From Pseudomonadota bacterium (lineage in GTDB: Bacteria; Pseudomonadota; Gammaproteobacteria; Burkholderiales; UBA9220), in the NCBI GenBank assembly GCA_021845865.1, contig JAJZVC010000010.1, positions 840 to 64,839 of the forward strand: 64,000 nt of DNA. Reading direction: 5' to 3'. Below the pieces are notes generated by a model. The model saw only the letters and a list, made by a program, of their open reading frames with translations. It did not search any database and was not told where the DNA came from. How positions within the stretch are numbered: the stretch's first letter is position 1; the number at the start of each line of letters is the position of its first letter. Shown piece by piece: positions 9,040-17,956 of this stretch. Both the position numbers and the translations under genes were made by a program.

Positions 9040-9375
9040 ATGGTTGAGGCATCGAGCGATAGCGCTTACTGCGTGGCCAATCTGCTGGTGGATGCCCGGA
9101 GCGGCGGCATTCTCCAGGCCCATCTCACCGCCAGGCTTTTCTGCGGCTATGGCGTGACGGCTTTGCAGGCCATGAACGTGGCGGACCTGTTCGGCCAGTC
9201 CGTGGCGGACATCCTCCATGCGGCAGAAGGCCCGGGCCGCCGCAACGTCATTGCCTTGAGCGCCAAGACCTCTGCGGGCCAGCTGTGCCCGGTCCAGGCC
9301 CACGCCGACCGTTCCCCCTCCGATGGCACTTTCTTCCTCGCCGTGTTCGAGAACCTCAGCAAAACCCATAGGTAA
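9040..9375 (+). CDS. Small PAS-like domain protein (putative)
   Basis: 111 codons from ATG 9040: ...ANLLVDARSGGILQAHLTARLFCGYGVTALQAMNVADLFGQ... resembles a lone PAS fold; only sensible ORF in this interval. Confidence 0.45.
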   Translation: MVEASSDSAYCVANLLVDARSGGILQAHLTARLFCGYGVTALQAMNVADLFGQSVADILHAAEGPGRRNVIALSAKTSAGQLCPVQAHADRSPSDGTFFLAVFENLSKTHR

Positions 9376-9542
9376 GATTACTTATCTTGCTGATGGATAT
9401 ACGTATTTTTACTTGATTTGCTTTGCCCGCCCAGGCGCGGTAACATTGGCGAAAACTAGCACTTTCCCATAAGGCTCACGGAGGATGGGAAGCGGCACTC
9501 TCGCCAAAGAGAACCCATAAAGCGTGTTAGGAGGAATGAGGC

Positions 9543-11141
9543 ATGAAAATCAACCTGCCGGTAACGGGTAACGAACGCCTGTTCGAACACGGCACCATCG
9601 TGTCGAAAACCGACCTCAAGGGCCTTATTACCTACGCCAACGATGCCTTCGTGGAGATGAGCGGCTTCACCTGCGAAGAGCTGATCGGCAAGAACCACAA
9701 TATCGTCCGCCATCCCGACATGCCCGCCGCCGCTTTCGCCTGGCTGTGGGACACCGTCAAGCAGGGAAAGCCCTGGCGGGGCATCGTCAAGAACCGCTGC
9801 AAGAACGGCGACCATTACTGGGTCGAGGCCTTCGTCGTGCCGGTGAGCAAGAACGGCCAGGTCGTCGAGTACATGTCGGTGCGCAGCCCCGTCAGCCGCG
9901 AACAGATCGCGGCGGCGGAAGCCCTGTACAAGGAGCTCAATGCCGGCAAATCCTTGCCTCGTCCCAGCCCCCTCAAGAAACTGACCATCAAGCGCGGGGT
10001 GCAATTCCTGGCCCTGCTCAACGCCCTGGTGCTGACCGCCAGCGCCGTCCTCGGCTTCAGCGGGCACCACGGCCTTAATGCCGTCTTGGTGGGGGCCGCC
10101 GTGCTGGTGTCGGTCATCGCCGGCCTTTCCATTTCCTCCGTCATCGACCGCGGCCTCGGCCGCATCATCCGCGTCTTCCAGCGCATCGGCGAAGGGCATC
10201 TGGACAACCGCCTGGATATCGACGGCGAGGACGAACCGGGCCAGGTGCTGGCGGCCCTGGCGGTGATGCAGGTGCACATCAAGGTGATCCTGGACGAGGT
10301 CAAGCAGGCCTCGGAAACCATCGCCAACAGCAGCCACCAGCTGAAGGCCGAGGTGGCCCGGGTGCTCGATCAGGCCCAATCCCAGAGCCAGCAGGTGATG
10401 CACGCCTCCGGCACCATGGAGGAGATGAGCGTGGCCATCAAGGACGTGGCCGACAGCGCCAGCGAGGCCGCCGCTGCCGCCAGCGAGACCCATGCCGTGG
10501 TGGAGCAGGGCAACCAGCAAATGGCCCGCAGCATGGAGGCCACGGGGCGGGTGGTGGAGGCGGTCCAGGCCTCCGGCGCCTCCATCGGCGAGCTCAACCA
10601 GTCCATCCAGCGCATCGGCACCATCACCCAGGCCATCAAGGAAATCGCCGACCAGACCAACCTGCTGGCGCTCAACGCCGCCATCGAGGCGGCGCGGGCG
10701 GGGGAACAGGGAAGGGGGTTCGCGGTGGTGGCCGACGAGGTGCGCAAGCTGGCGGAGCGCACCGCCGCCAGCACGGCCGACATCACCAACATGGTGGAAA
10801 GCATCAACGCCACCACTGGCGCGGCCGTGAACGCCATGGAGCTGGCGGCGCAGGAAGTGCAGGATGGGCTGGTGCTGATCCAGGCCAGCAACAACAGCCT
10901 GCTGGAAATCCGCCAGGCCTCCGACCGGGTGACGGCCATGGCCCAGCACATCGCCGAGGCCTCCACCCAGCAGTCGGCGGCGGGCGAGGAGATTTCCGCC
11001 GACATGGGCGAAATCGCCGCCCTGACCGAGCAGACCAGCGCAAGCATCCGCGAGGTAGGGGATACCACGGCCGCCTTGGTGGAGGTGGCCAAGAGCCTGG
11101 AAGCCCTGGTGCGGCACTTCGATGGGCAAGAAAAAGCCTAG
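9543..11141 (+). CDS. aer: Aer-like aerotaxis/energy-taxis methyl-accepting chemotaxis protein
   Basis: N-terminal PAS closely matching E. coli Aer ([21 protein letters not shown]...[13 protein letters not shown]...[15 protein letters not shown]), TM hairpin, HAMP and MCP signalling domain ([41 protein letters not shown]). Confidence 0.9.
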   Translation: MKINLPVTGNERLFEHGTIVSKTDLKGLITYANDAFVEMSGFTCEELIGKNHNIVRHPDMPAAAFAWLWDTVKQGKPWRGIVKNRCKNGDHYWVEAFVVPVSKNGQVVEYMSVRSPVSREQIAAAEALYKELNAGKSLPRPSPLKKLTIKRGVQFLALLNALVLTASAVLGFSGHHGLNAVLVGAAVLVSVIAGLSISSVIDRGLGRIIRVFQRIGEGHLDNRLDIDGEDEPGQVLAALAVMQVHIKVILDEVKQASETIANSSHQLKAEVARVLDQAQSQSQQVMHASGTMEEMSVAIKDVADSASEAAAAASETHAVVEQGNQQMARSMEATGRVVEAVQASGASIGELNQSIQRIGTITQAIKEIADQTNLLALNAAIEAARAGEQGRGFAVVADEVRKLAERTAASTADITNMVESINATTGAAVNAMELAAQEVQDGLVLIQASNNSLLEIRQASDRVTAMAQHIAEASTQQSAAGEEISADMGEIAALTEQTSASIREVGDTTAALVEVAKSLEALVRHFDGQEKA

Positions 11142-11173
11142 AACTAATTTTGGGCGATCCAGTCCATAAGCGT

Positions 11174-12643
11174 ATGTCGACAACAAAAACAACCGCCGAG
11201 CCCTTGGGGGCCGTGATGGCGGCCTGCCGCCAAGTGGACGCCGCCGACTCCCAGGATGTGTTCATCGAGCAATTGATTCCCCTGGCCTCGACGGCGGTGG
11301 GCGGCCACGAGGCCGCCTTGACCGCCTTGGTGGAACAGGGGTCGGCGAATCCGCGCATCCTTCACGGCGATGGCCGTTTCGCGCCGGCCATCGAGCAACT
11401 CATCCCCGAAGAGGAAATCCTGGAGCGGCTGAGGGGAGCGCTGGCGGCCGGGAACAGCGTCATGGCGCCCGGCTTCGTGGTGTTCCTGGTCCAGCATCCG
11501 GCCCAGTTTTCGTTGCTGGTGTACCTGGAGCTGACCCAGTCCCTGGAAGCGGAAAGGGAGCGGCTGCTGCCGTTTTTCATCGACCGCGTGGGCAGCGCCC
11601 TGGCCGCCCTCTATTACGCCAAGCTGTCGGAGCGGACCACCCGGGCGACGGTGGCCGCCCTGGCCAGCCTCGCGGAGCACAAGGACCACAACACCGGCGA
11701 GCACATCCTGCGGGTGGCGCGGATGGCGGATGAAATGGTCCACGTGCTGGAGGAAATGGGCGCCTACCCGGACCAGATCACGCCCGAGTTCAAGCGCTTC
11801 GTCGGCACCGCCAGCATTCTCCACGACGTGGGCAAGGTGGCGATCCCGGATTCCATTTTGCAGAAACCCGCCGCGCTGGACCCGGAGGAATGGGAGATCG
11901 TGCGCGGCCATACCTTCCACGGCAAGCGGGTGCTGGACAAGGTGAACCTGATCCTGGAGAGCGGCAATTACCTCATCGATCTCGCCGGAGAGGTGGCGCT
12001 GACCCACCACGAACACTTCAGCGGCCAGGGGTACCCCATGGGGCTGGTCGGCCAGCATATTCCCCTCGCCTCCCGCATCGTCGCCCTGGTGGACGTGTTC
12101 GACGCCCTCACCTCGCGCCGCCCCTACAAGCCCGCCTGGCCGGAGGAGGAGGCCGTGGATTACATCCGCCAGCGTGCCGGCGAGCAGTTCGACCCCATCC
12201 TGGTGGAGGCCTTTCTCAAGGTGATGGCATACCGGCGGGAAACCCTGGTGGCGGATTGGACGAGCCGTCTTTCCGTCAACGTGGAATTGCTCGACGAGGA
12301 CCATCAGCGGCTCATCGGCCTCATCAACCAGTTGGCCATGTCGGAGCGCATCGGCAACCGGCGCATCGTCGAAAGCGTTCTGGACGAGCTGATGAATTAC
12401 ACCATCGAGCACTTCCAGCGGGAAGAGGCGATGATGGCGGAACGGGGATACGCCAAGCTGGAGAGCCATATGCGCCAGCACGCGGTATTCGCCGAAACCG
12501 TCAACGACATCCGCTGGCAGTACCTGCACGGCCTGCGCTCCAACATCAACCAGAAGGTGCTGCGCTTTCTCATGAACTGGCTGCAAACCCATATCTATCG
12601 CGAGGACCGCGGCGTTTTCGCCGCCGCCGTGGCGGCGGCGTGA
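11174..12643 (+). CDS. HD-GYP phosphodiesterase fused to a C-terminal hemerythrin-like domain
   Basis: HD-GYP core (HNTGEHILRVA...ILHDVGKVAIPDSILQKP...HHEHFSGQGYP) then bacteriohemerythrin signature (ELLDEDHQRLIGLIN...YTIEHFQREE...HMRQH...WLQTHIYREDR); ATG 11174 preferred over track start 11150. Confidence 0.85.
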   Translation: MSTTKTTAEPLGAVMAACRQVDAADSQDVFIEQLIPLASTAVGGHEAALTALVEQGSANPRILHGDGRFAPAIEQLIPEEEILERLRGALAAGNSVMAPGFVVFLVQHPAQFSLLVYLELTQSLEAERERLLPFFIDRVGSALAALYYAKLSERTTRATVAALASLAEHKDHNTGEHILRVARMADEMVHVLEEMGAYPDQITPEFKRFVGTASILHDVGKVAIPDSILQKPAALDPEEWEIVRGHTFHGKRVLDKVNLILESGNYLIDLAGEVALTHHEHFSGQGYPMGLVGQHIPLASRIVALVDVFDALTSRRPYKPAWPEEEAVDYIRQRAGEQFDPILVEAFLKVMAYRRETLVADWTSRLSVNVELLDEDHQRLIGLINQLAMSERIGNRRIVESVLDELMNYTIEHFQREEAMMAERGYAKLESHMRQHAVFAETVNDIRWQYLHGLRSNINQKVLRFLMNWLQTHIYREDRGVFAAAVAAA

Positions 12644-12649
12644 CGGGAG

Positions 12650-13357
12650 TTATTTGGGCACCGGGATGGGGAGGAATACCGCCGTCGCCACGCTCTGGGC
12701 CACGTGGGCGATGGAACGGTTGGTCTTTTCGGCGATGATTTTCGCCAGGGTGTCCTGGCCCGCGATCATCTTGCCGAACTCCCGCTCGAAGCTGAGGTTC
12801 TTCACCGGCCCTTCCGCCTCGTTGCTGAGAAGGAACGGCTCCCCCCGGGCGTTGCGGGTATTGGCCAGCTTCCAGGCGGCGATTTCCAGGTTGCGGGCGC
12901 TGTTGTAGAGTTTCTGGGGGTCCAGGTCGTCGGTGAGGAAGAATTCGGTCTTGTTGCCGTAGGACGCCAGCAGCATTTCCTTCAAGCCGAAGCAGAAGGC
13001 CAGCACCCGGTCGCCGCTGTAATTGTCGTCGAAGGCGAGGTAAATCGCGTCGCTGCCCCGCCGCCCGTCGAGGACGAGATACTTGCGCGGCACGCCGTCG
13101 AACAGCCGGGCCGCGGCGGCATCGGCGCTGGCTTGGCCGCTCTTGCGCCATTCCTTGGGGTTGCGCTTGTAGAGTTTTTCCGTCAGCAGGCGCAGGGAAT
13201 CGAGCACCGCCTTCTGGTGCACTTCCGACACCATGTCCACGTCGCTCTTGGCGATGTAGTCGAGGCGGAAATCCCGGCCGAGGGGCTTGCCGCCGGGGGC
13301 GGCGCAGCCGGGCAGCAGGAGCAGAGACAGCAGCAGGAGCGGCAGGCGTTTTCCCAT
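12650..13357 (-). CDS. Lipoprotein of unknown function
   Basis: 235 aa with lipobox LLLLPGC after a hydrophobic leader; no family recognised. Confidence 0.7.
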   Translation of the reverse strand: MGKRLPLLLLSLLLLPGCAAPGGKPLGRDFRLDYIAKSDVDMVSEVHQKAVLDSLRLLTEKLYKRNPKEWRKSGQASADAAAARLFDGVPRKYLVLDGRRGSDAIYLAFDDNYSGDRVLAFCFGLKEMLLASYGNKTEFFLTDDLDPQKLYNSARNLEIAAWKLANTRNARGEPFLLSNEAEGPVKNLSFEREFGKMIAGQDTLAKIIAEKTNRSIAHVAQSVATAVFLPIPVPK

Positions 13358-13401
13358 CCGGCCAGTATACCGGAAGCCATTCCCTGGAGTATCCTTTCCC
13401 C

Positions 13402-14589
13402 ATGGTCACCCGAACCCAGCGCCGCGCCCGTCTTGCCGCCCTCCTCGCGGCGTTTCCCCTGGCTTCCTGCAGCGTCGGCCAGGTGGTGACCGTCGCCCGC
13501 AGCGGCAGCCCCGAGCAGGCCCTGGCCAACCTGGCGCGGCAGCGGGTGCAGTCCTACGAAACCAACCCCTTGCTGCTGGTGCGCGACGCCGAGCGCGTCA
13601 AGCAGGCTTTCGACCGTCTCGTGGCCGTGCTGCAAGGCAAGGCCGGCAAGCAATGGGGCCAGCGGGACGTGGCCTTGCCGAGCCGCAAGCAGTACGTCAA
13701 ATACACCCAGAACTACCTCAGCCGGGCGGTGGTGGATTTCGACCGCGGCACGGTGACGGTGGAGACGGTGGACCAGGCCGACCCGGACAAGAGCTTGACC
13801 AACGCCATCGTCACCACCCTCCTCACCCCCGGCGACCCCCGGGCGGTGGATATGTATTCCGACAAGACCGTGCGCCTGACGGGCAAGCCCTACCTTTACG
13901 GCCTGGTGGACGACCAGGAGGGCCTGGCCATCGGCACCGTTTACCGGGCCGAGCGCTACGCCCGCTACCTGCTGCAGCGCGACAAGCGCTTCCGCCCCGC
14001 CCAGGACGGCAGCGGCAAGCGGGTGGCCTACGTCCAGTTCGCCATGGTGCCCGACCACGTCAACCTCAGCGCCCGGCGCTACGCCCGCTGGGTGGACGAG
14101 AACGCCCGCCGCTTCGGCGTCAGCAAGAGCCTGGTCTACGGCATCATGGAAACGGAAAGCGCCTTCAACCCCTTCGCCGTCAGCGCGGCGCCGGCCTACG
14201 GCCTGATGCAGCTGGTGCCCACCACCGGCGGGCGCGACGCCTACCGCAAGGTGAAGGGGGCGGACGTCGTTCCCAGCAGCGGCTACCTGTTCGACCCCGC
14301 CAACAACATTGAGCTCGGCACCGCCTATCTCGCCATCCTGGGCGGCGATTACCTCGATGGCGTGCGCGACCCCCTCAGCCGCGAGTATTGCGTCATCGCC
14401 GCCTACAACGGCGGCACGGGCAACGTCCTGGCCACCTTCTCCCGGGACCGGGAAGAGGCCCTGCGCATCATCAACCGCCTGCCGCCGGGGGAGGTCTACC
14501 AGCGGCTGCGGACCGAGCACCCCCGGGCGGAAACGCGGCGCTACCTGGACAAGGTGCTGGGGGCGCGCAAGGACTTCGTGAATACCTAG
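13402..14589 (+). CDS. mltC: Membrane-bound lytic murein transglycosylase (MltC-like lipoprotein)
   Basis: Lipobox FPLASC; SLT catalytic block LVYGIMETESAFNPFAVSAAPAYGLMQLVPTTGGRDAY. Confidence 0.8.
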   Translation: MVTRTQRRARLAALLAAFPLASCSVGQVVTVARSGSPEQALANLARQRVQSYETNPLLLVRDAERVKQAFDRLVAVLQGKAGKQWGQRDVALPSRKQYVKYTQNYLSRAVVDFDRGTVTVETVDQADPDKSLTNAIVTTLLTPGDPRAVDMYSDKTVRLTGKPYLYGLVDDQEGLAIGTVYRAERYARYLLQRDKRFRPAQDGSGKRVAYVQFAMVPDHVNLSARRYARWVDENARRFGVSKSLVYGIMETESAFNPFAVSAAPAYGLMQLVPTTGGRDAYRKVKGADVVPSSGYLFDPANNIELGTAYLAILGGDYLDGVRDPLSREYCVIAAYNGGTGNVLATFSRDREEALRIINRLPPGEVYQRLRTEHPRAETRRYLDKVLGARKDFVNT

Positions 14590-14746
14590 AGCAGGCCGCT
14601 GAAAAACGTCGCGAGGACGGCCAGAGGCAAGGCGTGCGGCGCGCAGCGACCGAGACACATCAATTGGATAGGCGAGGGAGCGAGCACCGCGCAACGCCGC
14701 GGATGGCCTGCCGCAGCAGGTTTTCAGCGGCCTGCTAGAGCAGGCC
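14586..14746. repeat. 149-bp-period direct repeat CTAGAGCAGGCC flanking a 16-bp perfect inverted repeat (small insertion-like element)
   Basis: CTAGAGCAGGCC at 14586-14597 and 14735-14746; AGCAGGCCGCTGAAAA (14590-14605) is the exact reverse complement of TTTTCAGCGGCCTGCT (14721-14736); mltC stop TAG and radC stop CTA each sit in one repeat copy. Confidence 0.85.
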
Positions 14747-15409
14747 CCGTTCGGCGAAGGAGTAAGCGCTGCCGCCGCCGACGATGAAATGGTCGAGGAC
14801 GTTCACTTCCACCAGGGCCAGGGCCTGTTTCAGGGCGTCGGTAAGGTGCCGGTCGGCGCCGCTGGGCTCGGCCACGCCCGACGGGTGGTTGTGGGCGAAG
14901 ATCACGCCCGCCGCGTTGTGGTGCAGGGCCCGCTTGACCGCTTCCCGCGGGTGGACGCTGGTCTGGGTGAGGGAGCCGGCGAACAGCTCCTCCTCGGCGA
15001 GGATGCGGTTCTGGGCGTCGAGAAAGAGGGCGAGGAAAACCTCCCGGGGCCGGTGTTCCAGCTTCAGCCGCAGGTAGTCCCTCACCGCCCGGGGCGAGGC
15101 AAGGGTATCGCCCTGGCGCAGCTCCTCGGCCAGGGCGCGGCGCGCCATTTCCACCACGGCCTGGAGCTGGGCGTACTTGGCCGCCCCCATCCCGGGCACC
15201 GCCGAGAAGGCCCGCAGATCGGCGGCGAAGAGCGCGTTGAGGCTGCCGAAGCGGGCGAGCAGCTCCCGCGCCAGGTCCACCGCGCTTTTCCCCGTCACCC
15301 CCGTGCGCAGGAAGATGGCCAGCAGTTCCGCGTCGGACAGGGCGGCGCAGCCCCTGGCGAGGAGTTTTTCCCGGGGACGCTCGTTTTCGGGCCAGTCGGT
15401 GATCGCCAT
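14735..15409 (-). CDS. radC: RadC-family JAB-domain protein
   Basis: 224 aa, ...[28 protein letters not shown]...[10 protein letters not shown] (JAMM motif); AAGGAA 6 nt before ATG. Confidence 0.9.
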   Translation of the reverse strand: MAITDWPENERPREKLLARGCAALSDAELLAIFLRTGVTGKSAVDLARELLARFGSLNALFAADLRAFSAVPGMGAAKYAQLQAVVEMARRALAEELRQGDTLASPRAVRDYLRLKLEHRPREVFLALFLDAQNRILAEEELFAGSLTQTSVHPREAVKRALHHNAAGVIFAHNHPSGVAEPSGADRHLTDALKQALALVEVNVLDHFIVGGGSAYSFAERGLL

Positions 15410-15431
15410 GAGATTCCTTTGAAGCGGGCAC

Positions 15432-16049
15432 CTAGCAGCTCGGGCAGTAGTCGCTCTGCATGCGCACGATGCCCTGGGCCACGAGGGGCAGGCGCTTATT
15501 GTCGTAGCAGGTCTTTTCCAGCCCCGTGGCGCCGCTACTGACCAGGGCGACGATGGTGCGGTTGATGAAGGGGACCTGCAAGGGGTAGCAGTAGGTGACC
15601 TTGATCTTCAGGATATTGGCATCCTGGATTGTTATGCCTCCCGGTCCCACTTCCTTGGAATAGGCCAGATTGCCGTTGGGTATCCTGTTGTTCCAGTGAT
15701 GCAGGGCATCGGCGGTGGGGTTGACGACGTCGATGCGGGAGTAGGTATCCACTTCCTGTTTGGCGATGTCGAAGCCGCCAATGACCTGGCTGTTGCTTGT
15801 GCCGTAGGTGAAGAGGGGGCGCAGACCGTTGGCCAGTCCCAGTTTCATGGCGTCCATCTTGCCCTGGTTGAGAGCGCCGGCTCGGGCGGCCTCAAAAGCG
15901 GCTAGATTGAGCGACCCTTTGGCGTAGTAGAGGAGGCCGAACTGGATGGCGCCGAGGAGGAGCAAGAGGAGCACGGGCAGGATGACGATGAATTCGCTCA
16001 TGCTCTGGCCGCGCTGGCGCGACGGGAGGTGAAGCCAGTCAGTGCTCAC
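15432..16049 (-). CDS. TadE-like pseudopilin
   Basis: [23 protein letters not shown] = prepilin-type G/xxxxEF motif plus hydrophobic helix; motif lies upstream of the first ATG (16001), so GTG 16047-16049 (overlapping the upstream stop) is the likely start. Confidence 0.75.
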   Translation of the reverse strand: MSTDWLHLPSRQRGQSMSEFIVILPVLLLLLLGAIQFGLLYYAKGSLNLAAFEAARAGALNQGKMDAMKLGLANGLRPLFTYGTSNSQVIGGFDIAKQEVDTYSRIDVVNPTADALHHWNNRIPNGNLAYSKEVGPGGITIQDANILKIKVTYCYPLQVPFINRTIVALVSSGATGLEKTCYDNKRLPLVAQGIVRMQSDYCPSC

Positions 16050-16716
16050 TGCGGTTTTCGATTTCCAGGCGAAGCAGGGGGAGGGGTATCCAGCCGGTAT
16101 GGCCCTCCCGGTCGCGTACCTCGGCATGCCCCTCCTCCAGCTTCAACACTTCCAAGGGCGTGTCGGCATCGAGTGTGGCCACTTTGCCGTGGCTGACGCC
16201 GCGTCCCTCGCGCAGGTTAACACGTCCCAAGGTATGGGCAATAAGAGTTGGTGCCGCAGGGCCGGGCGGGCAGGTGGATGGCTTGGGCTCGGGTTGTGGC
16301 GTGTCGCCCAGGGCGATTTCCAGGGACTGCAGGAGGTGGGGGGTGGGTAATTTCTCGCCCGAGGCGCCGAAGCGCTCTGCTTCGGTGAGAGCCGCCATGG
16401 CTTGACGCACCCGCACCACGGCGAGGTTGTGCCAAGCCTTGGCGAAGTCGGGTTGGTGCGTCAGCAGGGTTTGGTAGCTGGCTACCGCCTCGTCGAGGCG
16501 ACCCAGTCGGGCCTGGGTGTTGCCTAGGCGAAAGAGAATCTCCACGTTGGAGGGCATCCGTTCGGCGAGCTGATTGTAGCGTTGCAGGGAGTCTTCCCAG
16601 TGGCCCGCATTGTAGGCCTGGGCGGCCTGCTCAACTTGATCCACCAGGTCGTTGTCCTCCCCGTGAGCAACAATGGGGAGCAAGAGGAGGAGGGCACACA
16701 GGAGACGCTTGGTCAT
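16039..16716 (-). CDS. Secreted TPR protein with C-terminal SH3b-like domain (TadD-position)
   Basis: Signal peptide MTKRLLCALLLLLPIVAHG; TPR-like repeats (AYNAGHWEDSLQRYNQL..., LGRLDEAVASYQTLL...); C-terminus GRVNLREGRGVSHGKVATLDADTPLEVLKLEEGHAEV...GWIP is SH3b-like. Confidence 0.7.
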   Translation of the reverse strand: MTKRLLCALLLLLPIVAHGEDNDLVDQVEQAAQAYNAGHWEDSLQRYNQLAERMPSNVEILFRLGNTQARLGRLDEAVASYQTLLTHQPDFAKAWHNLAVVRVRQAMAALTEAERFGASGEKLPTPHLLQSLEIALGDTPQPEPKPSTCPPGPAAPTLIAHTLGRVNLREGRGVSHGKVATLDADTPLEVLKLEEGHAEVRDREGHTGWIPLPLLRLEIENRSEH

Positions 16717-17072
16717 TTTCCCCCCCCGTCGTCTTGCCAGTGGGTCGCCATCCCGGTTCTCAGCCCCAGCCGGGCCATTTCCCCTGACGCCAGTTCCAGC
16801 ACTGCCCGAGCACCGGGGCAGGCGGCGAAGCGCCAGGGGGCCAGGCGTTCCACCACCCTGAGGATGCGCCCGCCGTGGTCGAGGAAGGCCGCGTCAATGG
16901 GATAAGCCATGGCCCAGGTGTGGATACCCGAGCAGGGTTCGATGAGGAGGGCTTCACCACTTTTCGGCTCGGGGCGCGCAAGAAGGCCACGGGCCCGTTC
17001 AAGGGGGCCTTCCGTACGGCGCGCACGGGGGATCAGGACCGTGCCGTTGGCTAGGATGCGCCCCGCCTTCAC
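16713..17072 (-). CDS. DUF192-like protein
   Basis: Last 119 codons of track ORF 16713..17870; GTG 17070-17072 overlaps tadC stop (GTGA); ...ERARGLLARPEPKSGEALLIEPCSGIHTWAMAYPIDAAFLD... resembles DUF192 (COG1430). Confidence 0.6.
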   Translation of the reverse strand: MKAGRILANGTVLIPRARRTEGPLERARGLLARPEPKSGEALLIEPCSGIHTWAMAYPIDAAFLDHGGRILRVVERLAPWRFAACPGARAVLELASGEMARLGLRTGMATHWQDDGGGK

Positions 17073-17956
17073 AGCGTTCCCTGAGCCATGAACTTCATCA
17101 CCAGGGGGAAGGCAAGGACGATGAAGGTGACGGGGAAGATGAACAATACCAGGGGTCCGACCAGCTTGACCGGGGCTTCCATGGCGATTTTTTCCACCAA
17201 CTGGAAGCGTTCGGTACGGCGCTGGATGGCCATGGACTTGAGCACCGGCCCCAGGCTGCCGCCGCTGCGTTCCGCCTGGATGATGGCGCCGACGAAGGAG
17301 TAAACCGGGTCCAGATCGGCCCGGTCGGCCATGCGACGCAGAGCGTCGGCCCGGGATAGGCCGGCGCGGATTTCCCTCAGTACGCGGGAGAACTCGAAGC
17401 GCAGGGGGCCGGGTGGTCCTTTCTCCACGACCTGGGCGATGGCGCCGGACAGGTTGAGGCCGGCTTCCACGGCCATGGAGATGAAGTCGAGGAAAACCGG
17501 CAGCATCTTGAGGATGGCCTTGCGGCGGCGCAGACGGGTATCGCGCACCCACAGCAGGGGATAGAAGAATCCTCCCACGGGCAGGAGGGCCAGCCACAAG
17601 GCAACGTGAATAGGGGCCACGGGCAGTAGGAGAAGCCCGAGCAGGAAGGCAATGCTGGCGGACGTGGCTTGGAGGCCGAAGAACTGTTGCGGCAGGAGGA
17701 CGTAGTCCAATCCGGCTCCCTGTAGGGTTTTCTGGATGGACTGGAGGCGGGTCACGGGCAGGTGGTTGCCGAGGAAATAGCCGTAAAAGCGCACAAAGGG
17801 CCAGAGCAGGACGACGGGTCGGGGCGGTCGGTCCAGGTTCTCGCGCTGGTCGGCGGGGAGTTTGTGCCACAAGGTCGCCACGGTGAAGAAAATGAGCGCC
17901 ACGGCCAAGCCGAAACCGAGGGCGATAAGGAACTGGAAGAGGGTGGCGTCAGACAT
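17069..17956 (-). CDS. tadC: Tad pilus inner-membrane platform protein TadC (GspF-like)
   Basis: 295 aa from ATG 17954-17956 (overlaps tadB stop); T2SS-F-type domain, N- and C-terminal TM helices. Confidence 0.85.
   Translation of the reverse strand: MSDATLFQFLIALGFGLAVALIFFTVATLWHKLPADQRENLDRPPRPVVLLWPFVRFYGYFLGNHLPVTRLQSIQKTLQGAGLDYVLLPQQFFGLQATSASIAFLLGLLLLPVAPIHVALWLALLPVGGFFYPLLWVRDTRLRRRKAILKMLPVFLDFISMAVEAGLNLSGAIAQVVEKGPPGPLRFEFSRVLREIRAGLSRADALRRMADRADLDPVYSFVGAIIQAERSGGSLGPVLKSMAIQRRTERFQLVEKIAMEAPVKLVGPLVLFIFPVTFIVLAFPLVMKFMAQGTL

Noticed and set aside
16713-17870. The 385-aa track ORF as a single protein. The same question applies to the long N-terminal extensions of ORFs 1601..2878, 23001..23879, 23660..24736, 17949..19232, 49740..50591, 56004..56747, 31092..32177, 32320..34407 and 33903..35639.
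   Set aside because: The upstream portions overlap neighbouring real genes in other frames and are Pro/Arg-rich nonsense. Recognisable protein sequence begins at internal ATG/GTG codons, which often overlap the preceding stop codon, and I used those starts instead.
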